From Butyrivibrio sp. (GTDB lineage Bacteria > Bacillota > Clostridia > Lachnospirales > Lachnospiraceae): DNA of 64,000 nt. Below are positions 1 through 9,492 of the stretch, piece by piece. The stretch spans positions 34,875 through 98,874 of the forward strand of contig SVGB01000004.1 in NCBI GenBank assembly GCA_015056565.1, in the 5' to 3' direction. Every line of letters begins with the position of its first letter. Positions within the stretch are counted from its first letter, which is position 1. A program made the position numbers and the translations under genes. The notes below the pieces were generated by a model. That model did no database searches. It was not told where the DNA came from and saw nothing but the letters and a program-made list of their open reading frames with translations.

Positions 1-257
1 ATCGGTGTATTCTTGGAAATCTTGTAGCTAACTCCAAGGTCTCCTCTAAACATATTAAAGACATACTGGAAAAACTGAACGATTATCGGTTTATCCAGAC
101 CATATTTTGCGTATAATGCAGCCCTCTGAGTGTCGTTAAGTTTCTCATCGTTGAAAGGAGAACCTGGCATCAGCTGCATCAGTATAAAAAGTATCAGTGT
201 GATGGCCAGCAGTGTGAAAAAAGCTGTCACCACTCTCTTAATAACATATTTTTTCAT
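1..257 (-). CDS. oppB: Oligopeptide ABC transporter permease OppB, N-terminal part; runs off the window edge
   Basis: Manual translation from ATG at 257 gives MKKYVIRVVTAFFTLLAITLILFILMQLMPGSPFNDEKL, a typical OppB start; lies directly downstream of oppA. Confidence 0.85.
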   Translation of the reverse strand, partial: MKKYVIKRVVTAFFTLLAITLILFILMQLMPGSPFNDEKLNDTQRAALYAKYGLDKPIIVQFFQYVFNMFRGDLGVSYKISKNTP

Positions 258-345
258 GACTACCCCAATAGAGAAACTGCGCGAAGACAGATAGTATCCA
301 CCACCCGCCCTCGCGCAGTAGCCTTCTTTATGCCTTATTTTTAGA

Positions 346-2079
346 TCAGTTCTTTACTGCGTTCTTATATACTCTGTTGAGAGCAACAGGGTGGAACTCG
401 ATTCCTGATACTTCGGTAGAAATAAGCTCAGCATTGCACTGAGTGTAGAGAGGGAAGATAACTGCCTCGTCCATTACGATCTTTTCTGCATCGTAGAGTG
501 CTGCCCAACGAGCTGTAGCATCCATAGCTGTCTCACCAGTTGTGCACTCGTCGATGATCTTGTCATAATCAGCATTGCTCCAGAAACCGTAGTTGTTGGA
601 GTTGTTTGTTACCCACATTCCAAGGTATGTCATAGGATCAGCATAGTCAGGGCCCCAACGTGTAAGTCCGAGCTCGAACTCGCCTTCCTGCATACGCTGT
701 ACTCTTTCCTTCTTAGGCATCTGCTGAAGTTCAACAGTAAGTCCAGGAAGTGTTGTCTCAAGCTGCTCCTTAACAACCTGTGCAACCTTGATAGGAGCAT
801 CGTCTGCATCGTGGATCATTGTAAGTGTAAGCTCTGTGATGCCAAGTTCCTCAAGTCCCTTAGCCCAGTAGTCTGCAGCAGCTGCTGCGTCATACTTACA
901 TACATCTGAGAACTTGTTCTGGTCAGCTGAGAAATCTGATCCGTCTGGGCCTGCTGCGAAGTCCATAGGAACAGCTGTAAATGTAGGAGCTGAACCATCC
1001 TTAAGTACGTCTGTTGTGATAGCCTCTCTGTTGAGTGCCATTGTGATAGCGTAACGGATATTTACGTTAGCAAGCTCTTTTACATCCTGGATGTTAGGGC
1101 TGATGTACCAGAGGTATCCTGCACCAATTGCCTGGAATGCTGGATCATCCTTAACCTGGTCAACCTGCTCACCATTTACAAGAGTTGTATCAAGGTCGCC
1201 ATTCTGGTAGCTCATAAGAGCCTGCTGTGAATCCTGGATAACCTGATAGTTAAGTCCGGCAAGCTTAACGCTGTCAGCATTGTAGTAGTCGGCATTCTTG
1301 GTAAGGTGAATAGTTGTTGCTGCTGGCTGATAGTCGTCAAGTACAAATGCACCGTTTGAAAGAGTTGTCTCAGGGCTTGTAGCGAATGTATCTCCAACGC
1401 TCTCATAGAAAGCCTGATTTACAGGGTAGAATGTTGGGAAGTACATAAGTGAAAGGAAGTAGCTGACAGGAACGTTGAGCTTAACCTCAAGTGTCTTGTC
1501 ATCAACTGCTGTTACGCCAAGTTCTGTCTTGTCCTTAGCACCGTCAATGATCTCCTGTGCATTTACGATCTGGCCGATATCGCTGAGCATATAAGAATAC
1601 TCTGAAGCGATTTCAGGATCAACTGCTCTCTGCCATGCAAATACGAAGTCATTAGCTGTTACAGGCTCGCCGTTGCTCCAGTTAGCATCTGCGCGAAGGT
1701 GGAATGTATATGTAAGACCGTCATCTGAAACGTCTACGCTCTCAGCAATAGCGTTTACAGCCTGTCCATCTGCATCCATCTGCATAAGACCATCTGTGTA
1801 ATCTGCGATCACCTCAAATGAGGTTCCGTCTGTTGCCTGCTGTGGGTCAAGTGACTCAACTGGTGTCTCAAGCATTACGTTGAGATCCTCTCCTGAACCC
1901 TCTCCTGTAGACTCTGCTGCAGTAGCATCAGCACTCTCTGTTGTGTCTGCGCTCTGTGTAGAATCAGCAGACTCTGTTGTCTCTGTCTCAGTAACTCCGC
2001 TAACAGCAGAGCTTCCGCATCCGATCATGCTCATGGCTAAAACTGAAGCCAGCATGACAGACAAAATCTTTTTCTTCAT
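346..2079 (-). CDS. oppA: Oligopeptide ABC transporter substrate-binding lipoprotein (SBP family 5)
   Basis: Lipobox (MIGC), T/E/S-rich linker, SLDP, DGLTYTFHLR-WSNGEPVTANDF and WGPDYADP motifs. Confidence 0.93.
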   Translation of the reverse strand: MKKKILSVMLASVLAMSMIGCGSSAVSGVTETETTESADSTQSADTTESADATAAESTGEGSGEDLNVMLETPVESLDPQQATDGTSFEVIADYTDGLMQMDADGQAVNAIAESVDVSDDGLTYTFHLRADANWSNGEPVTANDFVFAWQRAVDPEIASEYSYMLSDIGQIVNAQEIIDGAKDKTELGVTAVDDKTLEVKLNVPVSYFLSLMYFPTFYPVNQAFYESVGDTFATSPETTLSNGAFVLDDYQPAATTIHLTKNADYYNADSVKLAGLNYQVIQDSQQALMSYQNGDLDTTLVNGEQVDQVKDDPAFQAIGAGYLWYISPNIQDVKELANVNIRYAITMALNREAITTDVLKDGSAPTFTAVPMDFAAGPDGSDFSADQNKFSDVCKYDAAAAADYWAKGLEELGITELTLTMIHDADDAPIKVAQVVKEQLETTLPGLTVELQQMPKKERVQRMQEGEFELGLTRWGPDYADPMTYLGMWVTNNSNNYGFWSNADYDKIIDECTTGETAMDATARWAALYDAEKIVMDEAVIFPLYTQCNAELISTEVSGIEFHPVALNRVYKNAVKN

Positions 2080-2140
2080 AATGTCATCCTCCTGGTGATA
2101 TTAATGCTTATACGTGTATACAATTGATGTATATTAACCA

Positions 2141-2169
2141 TAGTAAGCGCTAACTACAGGGAATGTCAA
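2141..2169 (-). promoter_or_regulatory. oppA sigma-A promoter overlapped by a LacI/cre-like near-palindrome
   Basis: Minus strand TTGACA-N18-TACTAT; TAGTAAGCGCTAACTA at 2141-2156. Confidence 0.5.
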
Positions 2170-2287
2170 CAAAAACTTTATCACTTTAAACCGCTTTTCC
2201 TTCAACGCGCCTAATAAGCAAAGTGGAAACCCGCAAAAATAGGGCAACTGCGCCATTTGCAGCTGCCCTTTGTTTCAAAAAACTTTT

Positions 2288-3349
2288 TTATAAATATCTC
2301 ATGAGAGCATCAATATCATCCTCTGTTGTTGCCCAGTCAGTGGCAAGTCTTATGACTGTGTGAGTGTCATCATACTTTTCCCAGAAGCTGTAGCCTACGT
2401 TTTGTGACAGCTCTTTTAACTTGTCATCACTTACAATAATGAACTGCTGATTTGTTGGAGAATCCAGGAAGAACTCATATCCCTTTTCTGTCAGTCTTTC
2501 CTTAAGGAGCTCTGCCATCTCAATTGCGTTTTCACTTATCTCGAAGTAAAGGTCATCAGTAAAAAGAGTGTCGAACTGGATCCCAAGAAGCCATCCCTTG
2601 GCAAGAAGGGCTCCGTGCTGCTTGATAACCGGAACAGGGTGGGCTGTTGGTACTCTCTTAGGGAACACAACTGCTTCTCCAAAAAGGGCTCCCACCTTGG
2701 TACCGCCGATGTAAAAGACATCTGTCAGAGCAGCGATGTCCTTGATGGTGACGTCAGTTCTTTTGCTCATAAGACCATATCCAAGCCTTGCGCCGTCAAG
2801 GAACAGGGGAATCTTAAACTCTCTGCAGACCGCCGAAATGTCTGTAAGTTCCTTCTTAGTGTAAAGTGTTCCATACTCTGTGGGGTGGGAAATGTACACA
2901 GCCCCAGGAAAGACCATGTGCTCGTGGTTGCCATCACCATAAAAGGTCTCAATGTATTTCTTAAGATCAGAAGCGTTGATCTTACCTATATCAGATCCGT
3001 ACTTATCTGTATCTTTTTCAGCGCCTTTGTTTGGAAGAGTCAGAACCTTGTGTCCCGAGAACTCGATAGCACCTGCTTCGTGAGCTGCTATGTGGCCGGT
3101 ATCTGCTGTCACAATGCCCTCATAGGGTTTAAGAAGCATATCGATTATAGTCTGGTTGGTCTGGGTTCCACCCACCAGGAAGAACACGTCTCCCTCAGGG
3201 CAGCCACATTTTTCCTTGATCTTGTCTGCAGCACTTTTGCAGATATCATCAGTGCCATATCCCGGCATCTGGTCGAAATTGTTTTCCATAAGGCGCTCTA
3301 ATATCTGTGGATGAGCCCCCTTTGTGTAATCACTGGCAAAAGAAATCAT
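2288..3349 (-). CDS. ltaE: Low-specificity L-threonine aldolase (PLP-dependent)
   Basis: SFASD, GGTQTN, HEAGAIE, LDGARL, IGGTK motifs. Confidence 0.9.
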   Translation of the reverse strand: MISFASDYTKGAHPQILERLMENNFDQMPGYGTDDICKSAADKIKEKCGCPEGDVFFLVGGTQTNQTIIDMLLKPYEGIVTADTGHIAAHEAGAIEFSGHKVLTLPNKGAEKDTDKYGSDIGKINASDLKKYIETFYGDGNHEHMVFPGAVYISHPTEYGTLYTKKELTDISAVCREFKIPLFLDGARLGYGLMSKRTDVTIKDIAALTDVFYIGGTKVGALFGEAVVFPKRVPTAHPVPVIKQHGALLAKGWLLGIQFDTLFTDDLYFEISENAIEMAELLKERLTEKGYEFFLDSPTNQQFIIVSDDKLKELSQNVGYSFWEKYDDTHTVIRLATDWATTEDDIDALMRYL

Positions 3350-3360
3350 ATCCAGCCTCC

Positions 3361-3813
3361 TTAGAATTCTATTACTTCTTCAAGGGCTCTTACAAATTCC
3401 TCAAGCCCCTCTTTATCAGTCTCATCAAACCTTGAAAGGCTTGGGCTGTCTATATCAAGAACCGCCACTACCTGTCCATCTTTATGGATAGGTACGACAA
3501 TCTCTGAGTTGGATGCACTGTCGCAGGCGATATGTCCAGGGAACTGGTGGACATCTTTTACAAGCTGTGTCTTATCTTCTGCCACAGCAGTTCCGCAGAC
3601 ACCCTTTCCAACCTCTATCCTTATGCAGGCAACCTTCCCCTGGAAAGGTCCCAGCATAAGGGAGCCTTTATTCATAATGTAAAAGCCTGCCCAGTTAAGG
3701 TCTTCCATGTTGTCATATAAAAGAGCTGAGGCATTCGAAAAAACCGGAATGAAGTTTGGTTCATCGTCTGCCAGAGCTTTGATCTGCTTAGCAAGTAACT
3801 TGTAATCTGTCAT
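3361..3813 (-). CDS. msrC: GAF-domain free methionine-R-sulfoxide reductase
   Basis: NWAGFY, GPFQGKVAC, GVCG, HIACD-SNSEIVVP, LDIDS motifs. Confidence 0.9.
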   Translation of the reverse strand: MTDYKLLAKQIKALADDEPNFIPVFSNASALLYDNMEDLNWAGFYIMNKGSLMLGPFQGKVACIRIEVGKGVCGTAVAEDKTQLVKDVHQFPGHIACDSASNSEIVVPIHKDGQVVAVLDIDSPSLSRFDETDKEGLEEFVRALEEVIEF

Positions 3814-3867
3814 GGTTTCTTGTCTCCTGTAAATATGTAGGTTTGAGCCCTCTGGCTCATCCTCTTG

Positions 3868-3897
3868 ATTCTAACACCCGTCTTCATTGTGCGCAAT
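3868..3897 (-). promoter_or_regulatory. msrC-ltaE promoter with palindromic operator ATTGTGCGCAAT over the -35
   Basis: Minus strand TTGCGC-N17-TAGAAT with extended TG; palindrome at 3886-3897 resembles the gpx operators. Confidence 0.55.
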
Positions 3898-3953
3898 CTA
3901 TATATTGAAAATGGTCATATCATGGTAAAATCACTTGGAGGAGGAGTAATGAA

Positions 3954-4664
3954 ATGAGTAAACTTATTGAAATCAGGGGCCTTACCAAGGTCTATGATGC
4001 TTGTACAGCCCTATACGACGTCAATCTTGAGATTGGCAGCGGAAAAATAGTTGGCCTTCTTGGACCAAACGGAAGCGGCAAGACAACAATGATCAAGATC
4101 CTGTGCGGACTTCTTCGTCCCACAAATGGATCTGTTTTTGTAGACGGACAGCCAATTGGTATAGAAACAAAGCGCGTCATCTCTTATCTTCCTGATAAGA
4201 CATATCTTGATGACAACAGGTCCATCAAGGACACCATCAACCTGTTTGTGGACTTTTATAGTGACTTTGATCCATACCGGGCTTATGACATGCTTGGAAA
4301 GCTTGGGATCAATCCAGAGGCCAAGCCCAAGACTTTATCTAAAGGTAATAAAGAAAAGGTGCAGCTCATCCTTGTCATGAGCAGACGCGCCAAGCTCTAT
4401 ATTCTGGATGAGCCTATCGCAGGCGTAGATCCTGCTGCAAGAGATTACATCTTAAATACCATTTTGACCAATTACGATCCACAGGCCACAATCCTGATCT
4501 CAACACATCTTATTGCTGATGTTGAGAAAGTTTTAAATGAAGTAATCTTTTTACACAATGGACAGGTTGCTCTTCATGCCTTTACTGATGACCTCAGGGC
4601 AAGGGAAGGTAAGTCCGTTGATGAACTGTTCAGGGAGGTATATAGATGTTCGGCAAATTACTAA
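3954..4664 (+). CDS. ABC-2 type exporter ATP-binding protein
   Basis: Walker A GPNGSGKT, LSKG signature variant, ILDEP, STH; RBS GGAGGAG. Confidence 0.9.
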   Translation: MSKLIEIRGLTKVYDACTALYDVNLEIGSGKIVGLLGPNGSGKTTMIKILCGLLRPTNGSVFVDGQPIGIETKRVISYLPDKTYLDDNRSIKDTINLFVDFYSDFDPYRAYDMLGKLGINPEAKPKTLSKGNKEKVQLILVMSRRAKLYILDEPIAGVDPAARDYILNTILTNYDPQATILISTHLIADVEKVLNEVIFLHNGQVALHAFTDDLRAREGKSVDELFREVYRCSANY

Positions 4665-5467
4665 AACATGAGATTATTGATACCTGGAAGATATTTTTAC
4701 TATTGGATGTTGTAGCTCTTTTGCTAGGCGTCATCGTCGGCGCTGTTGGGTTTGTGGCTGTTCAGATAAAAGACATGCCAAGCATTTTGATAATTCTTTT
4801 AGTACTTGGAGTAGTTGGATATCTGATGCTGCTCGTATCCTTAAGCGTCCTTACTCTTGTTTATATCGTAGTGCACTTTTACCGCAGCATGTTCAGTTCC
4901 CAGGGGTATCTTACATTTACACTTCCTGCAACTGCTACTCAAATAGTATCCGCTAAGCTCTTATCAGCTGTTATCTTTCAGCTTATAAACTCTGTATGTG
5001 TAACTCTAAGTATCTGCTTAGCTGTATGGGGCGTCATGATAGCAGGCTATAAAGAGGCCCTTGATGAAGTCCTTGAGTTTCTCTATGACTTTAAAGATTT
5101 AATCATCGAAGCTTTTGGAATAGCTCCAGGAACCACCGTTCTTTATATAATATTTGGTATTGTAAGTTTGTTCTCAGGCATTCTGATCTTCTACTGCTCT
5201 ATGTGTATTGGCCAGCTTTGGCATAAGCACAAGGTCCTTGGCTCTGTTGTTGCATACTTCGCCATCACCATCGTAACCAGGATCATTACCACTATCGTCC
5301 AGCTTACCAGCGGCTCATTTGGAATGCTCCTTTTCGACTACGATCTTGATCCTACCAAATACTTCTCGCACACCATGACCATAAACCTGATCATCAGCCT
5401 CATCGCTGCCGGGCTTATGTACTTTGGCTGTATCTATACTACCAGCCACAAGCTCAACCTCGACTAA
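4646..5467 (+). CDS. ABC-2 type exporter permease
   Basis: About 6 hydrophobic segments, GYLTFTLP motif; overlaps the ATPase stop. Confidence 0.8.
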   Translation: MFGKLLKHEIIDTWKIFLLLDVVALLLGVIVGAVGFVAVQIKDMPSILIILLVLGVVGYLMLLVSLSVLTLVYIVVHFYRSMFSSQGYLTFTLPATATQIVSAKLLSAVIFQLINSVCVTLSICLAVWGVMIAGYKEALDEVLEFLYDFKDLIIEAFGIAPGTTVLYIIFGIVSLFSGILIFYCSMCIGQLWHKHKVLGSVVAYFAITIVTRIITTIVQLTSGSFGMLLFDYDLDPTKYFSHTMTINLIISLIAAGLMYFGCIYTTSHKLNLD

Positions 5468-5480
5468 ACAAGACACTAAA

Positions 5481-5576
5481 TACGGTTCTTTCGTGACAGG
5501 GGGACGGTTCTTTTGTCATGTTTTATCATGATAAAACATGACAAAAGAACCGTCCCCGCTGTCACAAAAGAACCAT
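5481..5576. repeat. REP/REPIN-like palindrome, copy 1
   Basis: Perfect loop-less 58-bp palindrome at 5500-5557 (GGGGACGGTTC...GAACCGTCCCC) with imperfect outer arms; between convergent genes. Confidence 0.9.
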
Positions 5577-5593
5577 ACCCACTAACTCTTTTT

Positions 5594-6883
5594 TCATTTC
5601 TTTTTACAAATATACAATAGATGATTTGTAAGTCCTAAAAGTTCTCTTTTCTCAGATACTGTCAGATACCATGCAGAAAGTTTCTTAAAGTCTTCGTCAG
5701 AAACGCTAAAATCGCCCCTTTGCTCTACTGGCTCTAAAAGTCCATCGACGCCAGTGGTTGTAATATATTCTACAGGCTTATCATTAAACAGATCCTCAAA
5801 CTCAGCAATATCATATCCAGTAAAGAGCTGCTCTTTAAAATGCCTTACTTTACTATCTTCAGCAAAGTTCTCTTCCTGGCCAAACCCCCAGTTTCCATAA
5901 AAATAGTTGGAATACATGATCGCATAAACTGAGATAAACGCAAACAGTATAACTCCATCCCTTTTTGTAACTCTGATGGCCTCATCAATTGCCCTGCTTA
6001 CCTCTTCCTTATCATACAGGTGGTATAAAGGGCCAAATACAAGAGTCACATCAAAAGAACTGTCTGCAAAAGCACTTAGGTCCGTGGCATCTCCCTGCAG
6101 TGCCTTTAAGTTTGAAATCCCCTTGCCATTTTCTTTTAGTACTTCAAGGTTTTTATCTACCAGCTCAACTGCAGTAACGTCCATCCCCTCTTTTGCCAAA
6201 GCGATGGAATAGCGCCCTGTGCCTGCACCTACCTCCAAGACTCTAGAACCCTCGCTGGCGAACCTGTGGATGTAGTTCATGGTAGTTGCATACTCAAGCC
6301 TTCCATGTACACTTCGCTCCAGCCTTACATCTTCTTCATACTGGCTGTAGAAGTTGGTGACAATATCCTGCCTTGAAGCGCCCTCCGGTATCTGGTTGAT
6401 CCTGGTAAAGTACTCAGTCTCATTCTCGTGATGGATATAAGCGCCGTTCTTTTGCTGCACTTTAAGGCTTGCAGGATTGTCCTTGTTCACCGACATGTAG
6501 ACTTCGTGGATGTTTATCTCCCTTGCCTTTTTAAGGGTCAGTTCAAGACCTTTGGTAGCATAGCCCTTTCCGCGGTATTTTTTGGAGATGCAGTAGCCGA
6601 TATGCCCCGGCCCTTCCCTTAGGAAGTCATTCAAATAGTGTCGGAGATTGAAAACGCCTACGTAATTATCCCCATCCGCAAGAACAAAGGTTGTATCTGC
6701 AACAAACCCTTCCGGAAGCTCTTTTCCCTGTGACCAGTTTCGCTTTTTCTCAATCCATTCAAGAAACTGCTCATAATTATAACCGTAGACATTGTTCATA
6801 TAGCCATTTTCATTTTCGGGAAAAGACATATAGAGTTCGTAAGTTTTTTGGTAGTCTGAATCTTGCACGCGTATTAATTCCAT
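5594..6883 (-). CDS. GNAT acetyltransferase / class I SAM methyltransferase fusion
   Basis: N-half GHIGY-YRGKGYAT-NPAS (GNAT); C-half VLEVGAGTGRY, GDA, GPLYHL. Confidence 0.8.
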   Translation of the reverse strand: MELIRVQDSDYQKTYELYMSFPENENGYMNNVYGYNYEQFLEWIEKKRNWSQGKELPEGFVADTTFVLADGDNYVGVFNLRHYLNDFLREGPGHIGYCISKKYRGKGYATKGLELTLKKAREINIHEVYMSVNKDNPASLKVQQKNGAYIHHENETEYFTRINQIPEGASRQDIVTNFYSQYEEDVRLERSVHGRLEYATTMNYIHRFASEGSRVLEVGAGTGRYSIALAKEGMDVTAVELVDKNLEVLKENGKGISNLKALQGDATDLSAFADSSFDVTLVFGPLYHLYDKEEVSRAIDEAIRVTKRDGVILFAFISVYAIMYSNYFYGNWGFGQEENFAEDSKVRHFKEQLFTGYDIAEFEDLFNDKPVEYITTTGVDGLLEPVEQRGDFSVSDEDFKKLSAWYLTVSEKRELLGLTNHLLYICKKK

Positions 6884-7042
6884 ACTGATCTCCTCCTGAC
6901 ACTCTTTTTCTGAAAATATATAAAGAAGAGGATAATTGACAGACTATTTTTTGTCAAGAGAGAAAGGTACTATATAATACCGGATCAGCATGTGCTAAAG
7001 TCAAAGAAGATAGAGCATAACCTGATCTGAAAGGAGAATTTC

Positions 7043-7516
7043 ATGAAAAATATAAGACTGGTCCTTCTTGGAGAATTATTATTGTTCCTTGGAATCTTTT
7101 TGTTTAACGTAGTATTAGGAGGCGACGGGTTATCAGCTATAGCATGGTTTCTTGACATGCCTTCACTTCTGATAATAGTGCTATTTTTAATCCCCGGACT
7201 CCTTATCATGGGGGCCTGGAAGGATTTTACCAGATCATTTTCTGTTGGCATCAAAAAGTTTTCACTTTTGGAGCTCAAGAACATAATCGAAGCAGTAAAT
7301 GCCGCGCAGAAACTGACCATATATGGTGCACTCTTTGCCATCATCATATCCAGCGTGCTTTTGATGGGACATCTTGATGATCCTGCTTCTTTCGGTCCCA
7401 AACTTGCAGTATGTTTTCTTTCTGGATTGTACGCAGTGATAATTGAATTCCTGCTTCTGCCACTTCGTCTTAACGCAGAGAAAAAAATGAATGAAGAAAT
7501 GGACCTGGGTGAATGA
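7043..7516 (+). CDS. Small membrane protein resembling MotA/TolQ/ExbB transmembrane segments
   Basis: FLDMPSLLIIV and LMGHLDDPASFGPKLAV-LYA resemble MotA/PomA helices; RBS AAGGAG. Confidence 0.6.
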   Translation: MKNIRLVLLGELLLFLGIFLFNVVLGGDGLSAIAWFLDMPSLLIIVLFLIPGLLIMGAWKDFTRSFSVGIKKFSLLELKNIIEAVNAAQKLTIYGALFAIIISSVLLMGHLDDPASFGPKLAVCFLSGLYAVIIEFLLLPLRLNAEKKMNEEMDLGE

Positions 7517-7746
7517 AACAATCTGAGATTACAAAAGAACAGTATCTCAAAATTGCACAGAAATTCGGCTTTACAAAACGTGAACTGGAACTGGGCTTTC
7601 TAAAGGTGTCCGGATTTTCAAATCGAAGGATTGCGTATATGCTTGGAATTTCAGAACAGACTGTAAAAAACCATTTCACCCATATCTATGAAAAAGCCTG
7701 GGTACCTGGGCGAAATGAGTTTAAGGAATTATTTTTCGAAGAATAA
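7513..7746 (+). CDS. Stand-alone LuxR/GerE-type HTH protein
   Basis: FTKRELE-GFSNRRIA-LGISEQTVKNH-IYEK; ATGA-coupled to the upstream gene. Confidence 0.85.
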   Translation: MKQSEITKEQYLKIAQKFGFTKRELELGFLKVSGFSNRRIAYMLGISEQTVKNHFTHIYEKAWVPGRNEFKELFFEE

Positions 7747-7751
7747 AAAAT

Positions 7752-7870
7752 GGGACGGTTTGCTGACACGGGGACGGTTTGCTGACACGGGGACGGTTCT
7801 ACTGTCAGGTTTTATCTTAATAAAACCTGACAGTAGAACCGTCCCCGTGTCAGCAAACCGTCCCCGTGTC
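7752..7870. repeat. REP/REPIN-like palindrome, copy 2
   Basis: 51-bp perfect arms (7765-7815 and 7820-7870), loop CTTA, tandem 19-bp GGGACGGTTTGCTGACACG modules. Confidence 0.92.
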
Positions 7871-7878
7871 TTATATTA

Positions 7879-9405
7879 TTATTCTTTAGCGACCGTCTTT
7901 TTAAGTACCAAAAGTGTACCAAGCATCAGGATGATTCCGATTGGCAGACATACAAACCAGTTCCTTACAAAACCGGAAATGATGTAAGCCACAAAGGATA
8001 CAGCTGCTGCAGTCATGGCGTAAGGCAGCTGGGTTGAAACGTGTTTGATGTGGTCGCACTGTGCGCCTGCGCTGGCCATGATGGTTGTATCTGAAATTGG
8101 TGAGCAGTGGTCTCCGCAAACAGCTCCTGCCATGCAGGCTGAAATGGAGATGATCATAAGCTCGTTGCCCATGTTGGAGCCAAATACGTTTACGATGATA
8201 GGAATAAGGATTCCGAAGGTTCCCCAGGAAGTTCCTGTGGCAAATGCAAGGAATGTTCCAATAAGGAATACTACTGCAGGGATAAAGCTCATTACTGCGC
8301 TGTTGTCGGCAAAGTTCTCGAAGATTCCTGCAACATAATTTGCTGCGCCCAGAGAATCTGTCATGGACTTTAGTGTCCAGGCAAGTGTAAGGACCAGGAT
8401 AGCTGGAACCATGCTCTTAAAGCCTTCAGGAATTGAGTTCATGCAATCCTTGAAGCTAAGTACTCTTGATGCAATAAAGAAAATAACTGTAAGGATAAGT
8501 GCTGCTACTGAGCCATAAACAAGACCAACAGAAGCATCAGATCCTGAAAAAGCATCTATAAAGCTTGCACCATCAAAGAATCCGCCTGTGTAGATCATTC
8601 CGATAACGCAGCAGATTATGAGAGAGGCAATAGGGAATATCAGGTGAATAACTTTACCCTTTACAGATACAGGAGGTGCAGGCTGATCGCTGGCACCAAG
8701 AAGACCTTCACCCTCTCCAAAGGAAGGAAGATAGTCTTTTACTTTAATGTGCTCCTCAGCCTGCTTCATTGGGCCATAATCAAATTTCATGAATGTCAGT
8801 CCGAACATCATGGCAATTGTAAGAAGAGCGTAGAAGTTATAGGGAATAGCACGAACAAAAAGTGAAAGACCATTCACGCCATCGACAAATCCTGTTACGG
8901 CTGCTGCCCATGAGGAAATTGGCGCGATGATACAGATAGGAGCTGCTGTGGCATCAATGAGATATGCCAGCTTCTCCCTTGATATTTTTTGCTTGTCAGT
9001 AACCGGTCTCATAACTGAGCCTACTGTAAGGCAGTTAAAATAGTCATCGATAAATATCAGCATTCCAAGGACTATTGTAGCAACCTGAGCCCCAGCCTTG
9101 GTCTTAACATGCTTTACTGCCCATTTTCCAAATGCTGCAGAGCCTCCCGCTCTGTTCATGAGCATGACCATAGTTCCCAAAACCACCAGGAAGATAAGTA
9201 TACCAACATTCCAGGAATCTGAAAGCTGCGCGATCATGCCATCTACAAAAACATGCTCGATGGTTCCGGTAAAACTAAATCCAGAATAGAGCACTGCTCC
9301 GACAACCACCCCAATAAACAATGAAGAATAAACCTCTTTGGTGATAAGCGCCAGCGCAATTGCTATGATCGCAGGAAGTAAGGACCAGAAAGTATCGACA
9401 AACAT
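7879..9405 (-). CDS. NhaC-family Na+/H+ antiporter-like transporter
   Basis: IFIDDYFN, DATAAPIC, ATGTSWGTF, GDHCSPISDTT. Confidence 0.88.
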   Translation of the reverse strand: MFVDTFWSLLPAIIAIALALITKEVYSSLFIGVVVGAVLYSGFSFTGTIEHVFVDGMIAQLSDSWNVGILIFLVVLGTMVMLMNRAGGSAAFGKWAVKHVKTKAGAQVATIVLGMLIFIDDYFNCLTVGSVMRPVTDKQKISREKLAYLIDATAAPICIIAPISSWAAAVTGFVDGVNGLSLFVRAIPYNFYALLTIAMMFGLTFMKFDYGPMKQAEEHIKVKDYLPSFGEGEGLLGASDQPAPPVSVKGKVIHLIFPIASLIICCVIGMIYTGGFFDGASFIDAFSGSDASVGLVYGSVAALILTVIFFIASRVLSFKDCMNSIPEGFKSMVPAILVLTLAWTLKSMTDSLGAANYVAGIFENFADNSAVMSFIPAVVFLIGTFLAFATGTSWGTFGILIPIIVNVFGSNMGNELMIISISACMAGAVCGDHCSPISDTTIMASAGAQCDHIKHVSTQLPYAMTAAAVSFVAYIISGFVRNWFVCLPIGIILMLGTLLVLKKTVAKE

Positions 9406-9492
9406 AGTATTCTCCTTTGCGTTAAAGTGTTAAAGTTATACTTATTATTTTGCAGAATACTATGTTTTGTCAATGAAAAAATGGCGGAAATC

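Noticed and set aside
2217-2272. GCAAA-GAAA-CGCAAA resembling a c-di-GMP-I riboswitch
   Set aside because: Stems are too short, it is on the wrong strand for any downstream gene, and the hairpin is explained as the ltaE terminator
7752-7800. Tandem 19-bp repeats as a CRISPR array
   Set aside because: No unique spacers and no cas genes; the repeats are part of an inverted-repeat element
7688-7987. 99-aa ORF crossing palindrome copy 2
   Set aside because: Translation of the repeat plus antisense overlap with the NhaC gene; no RBS
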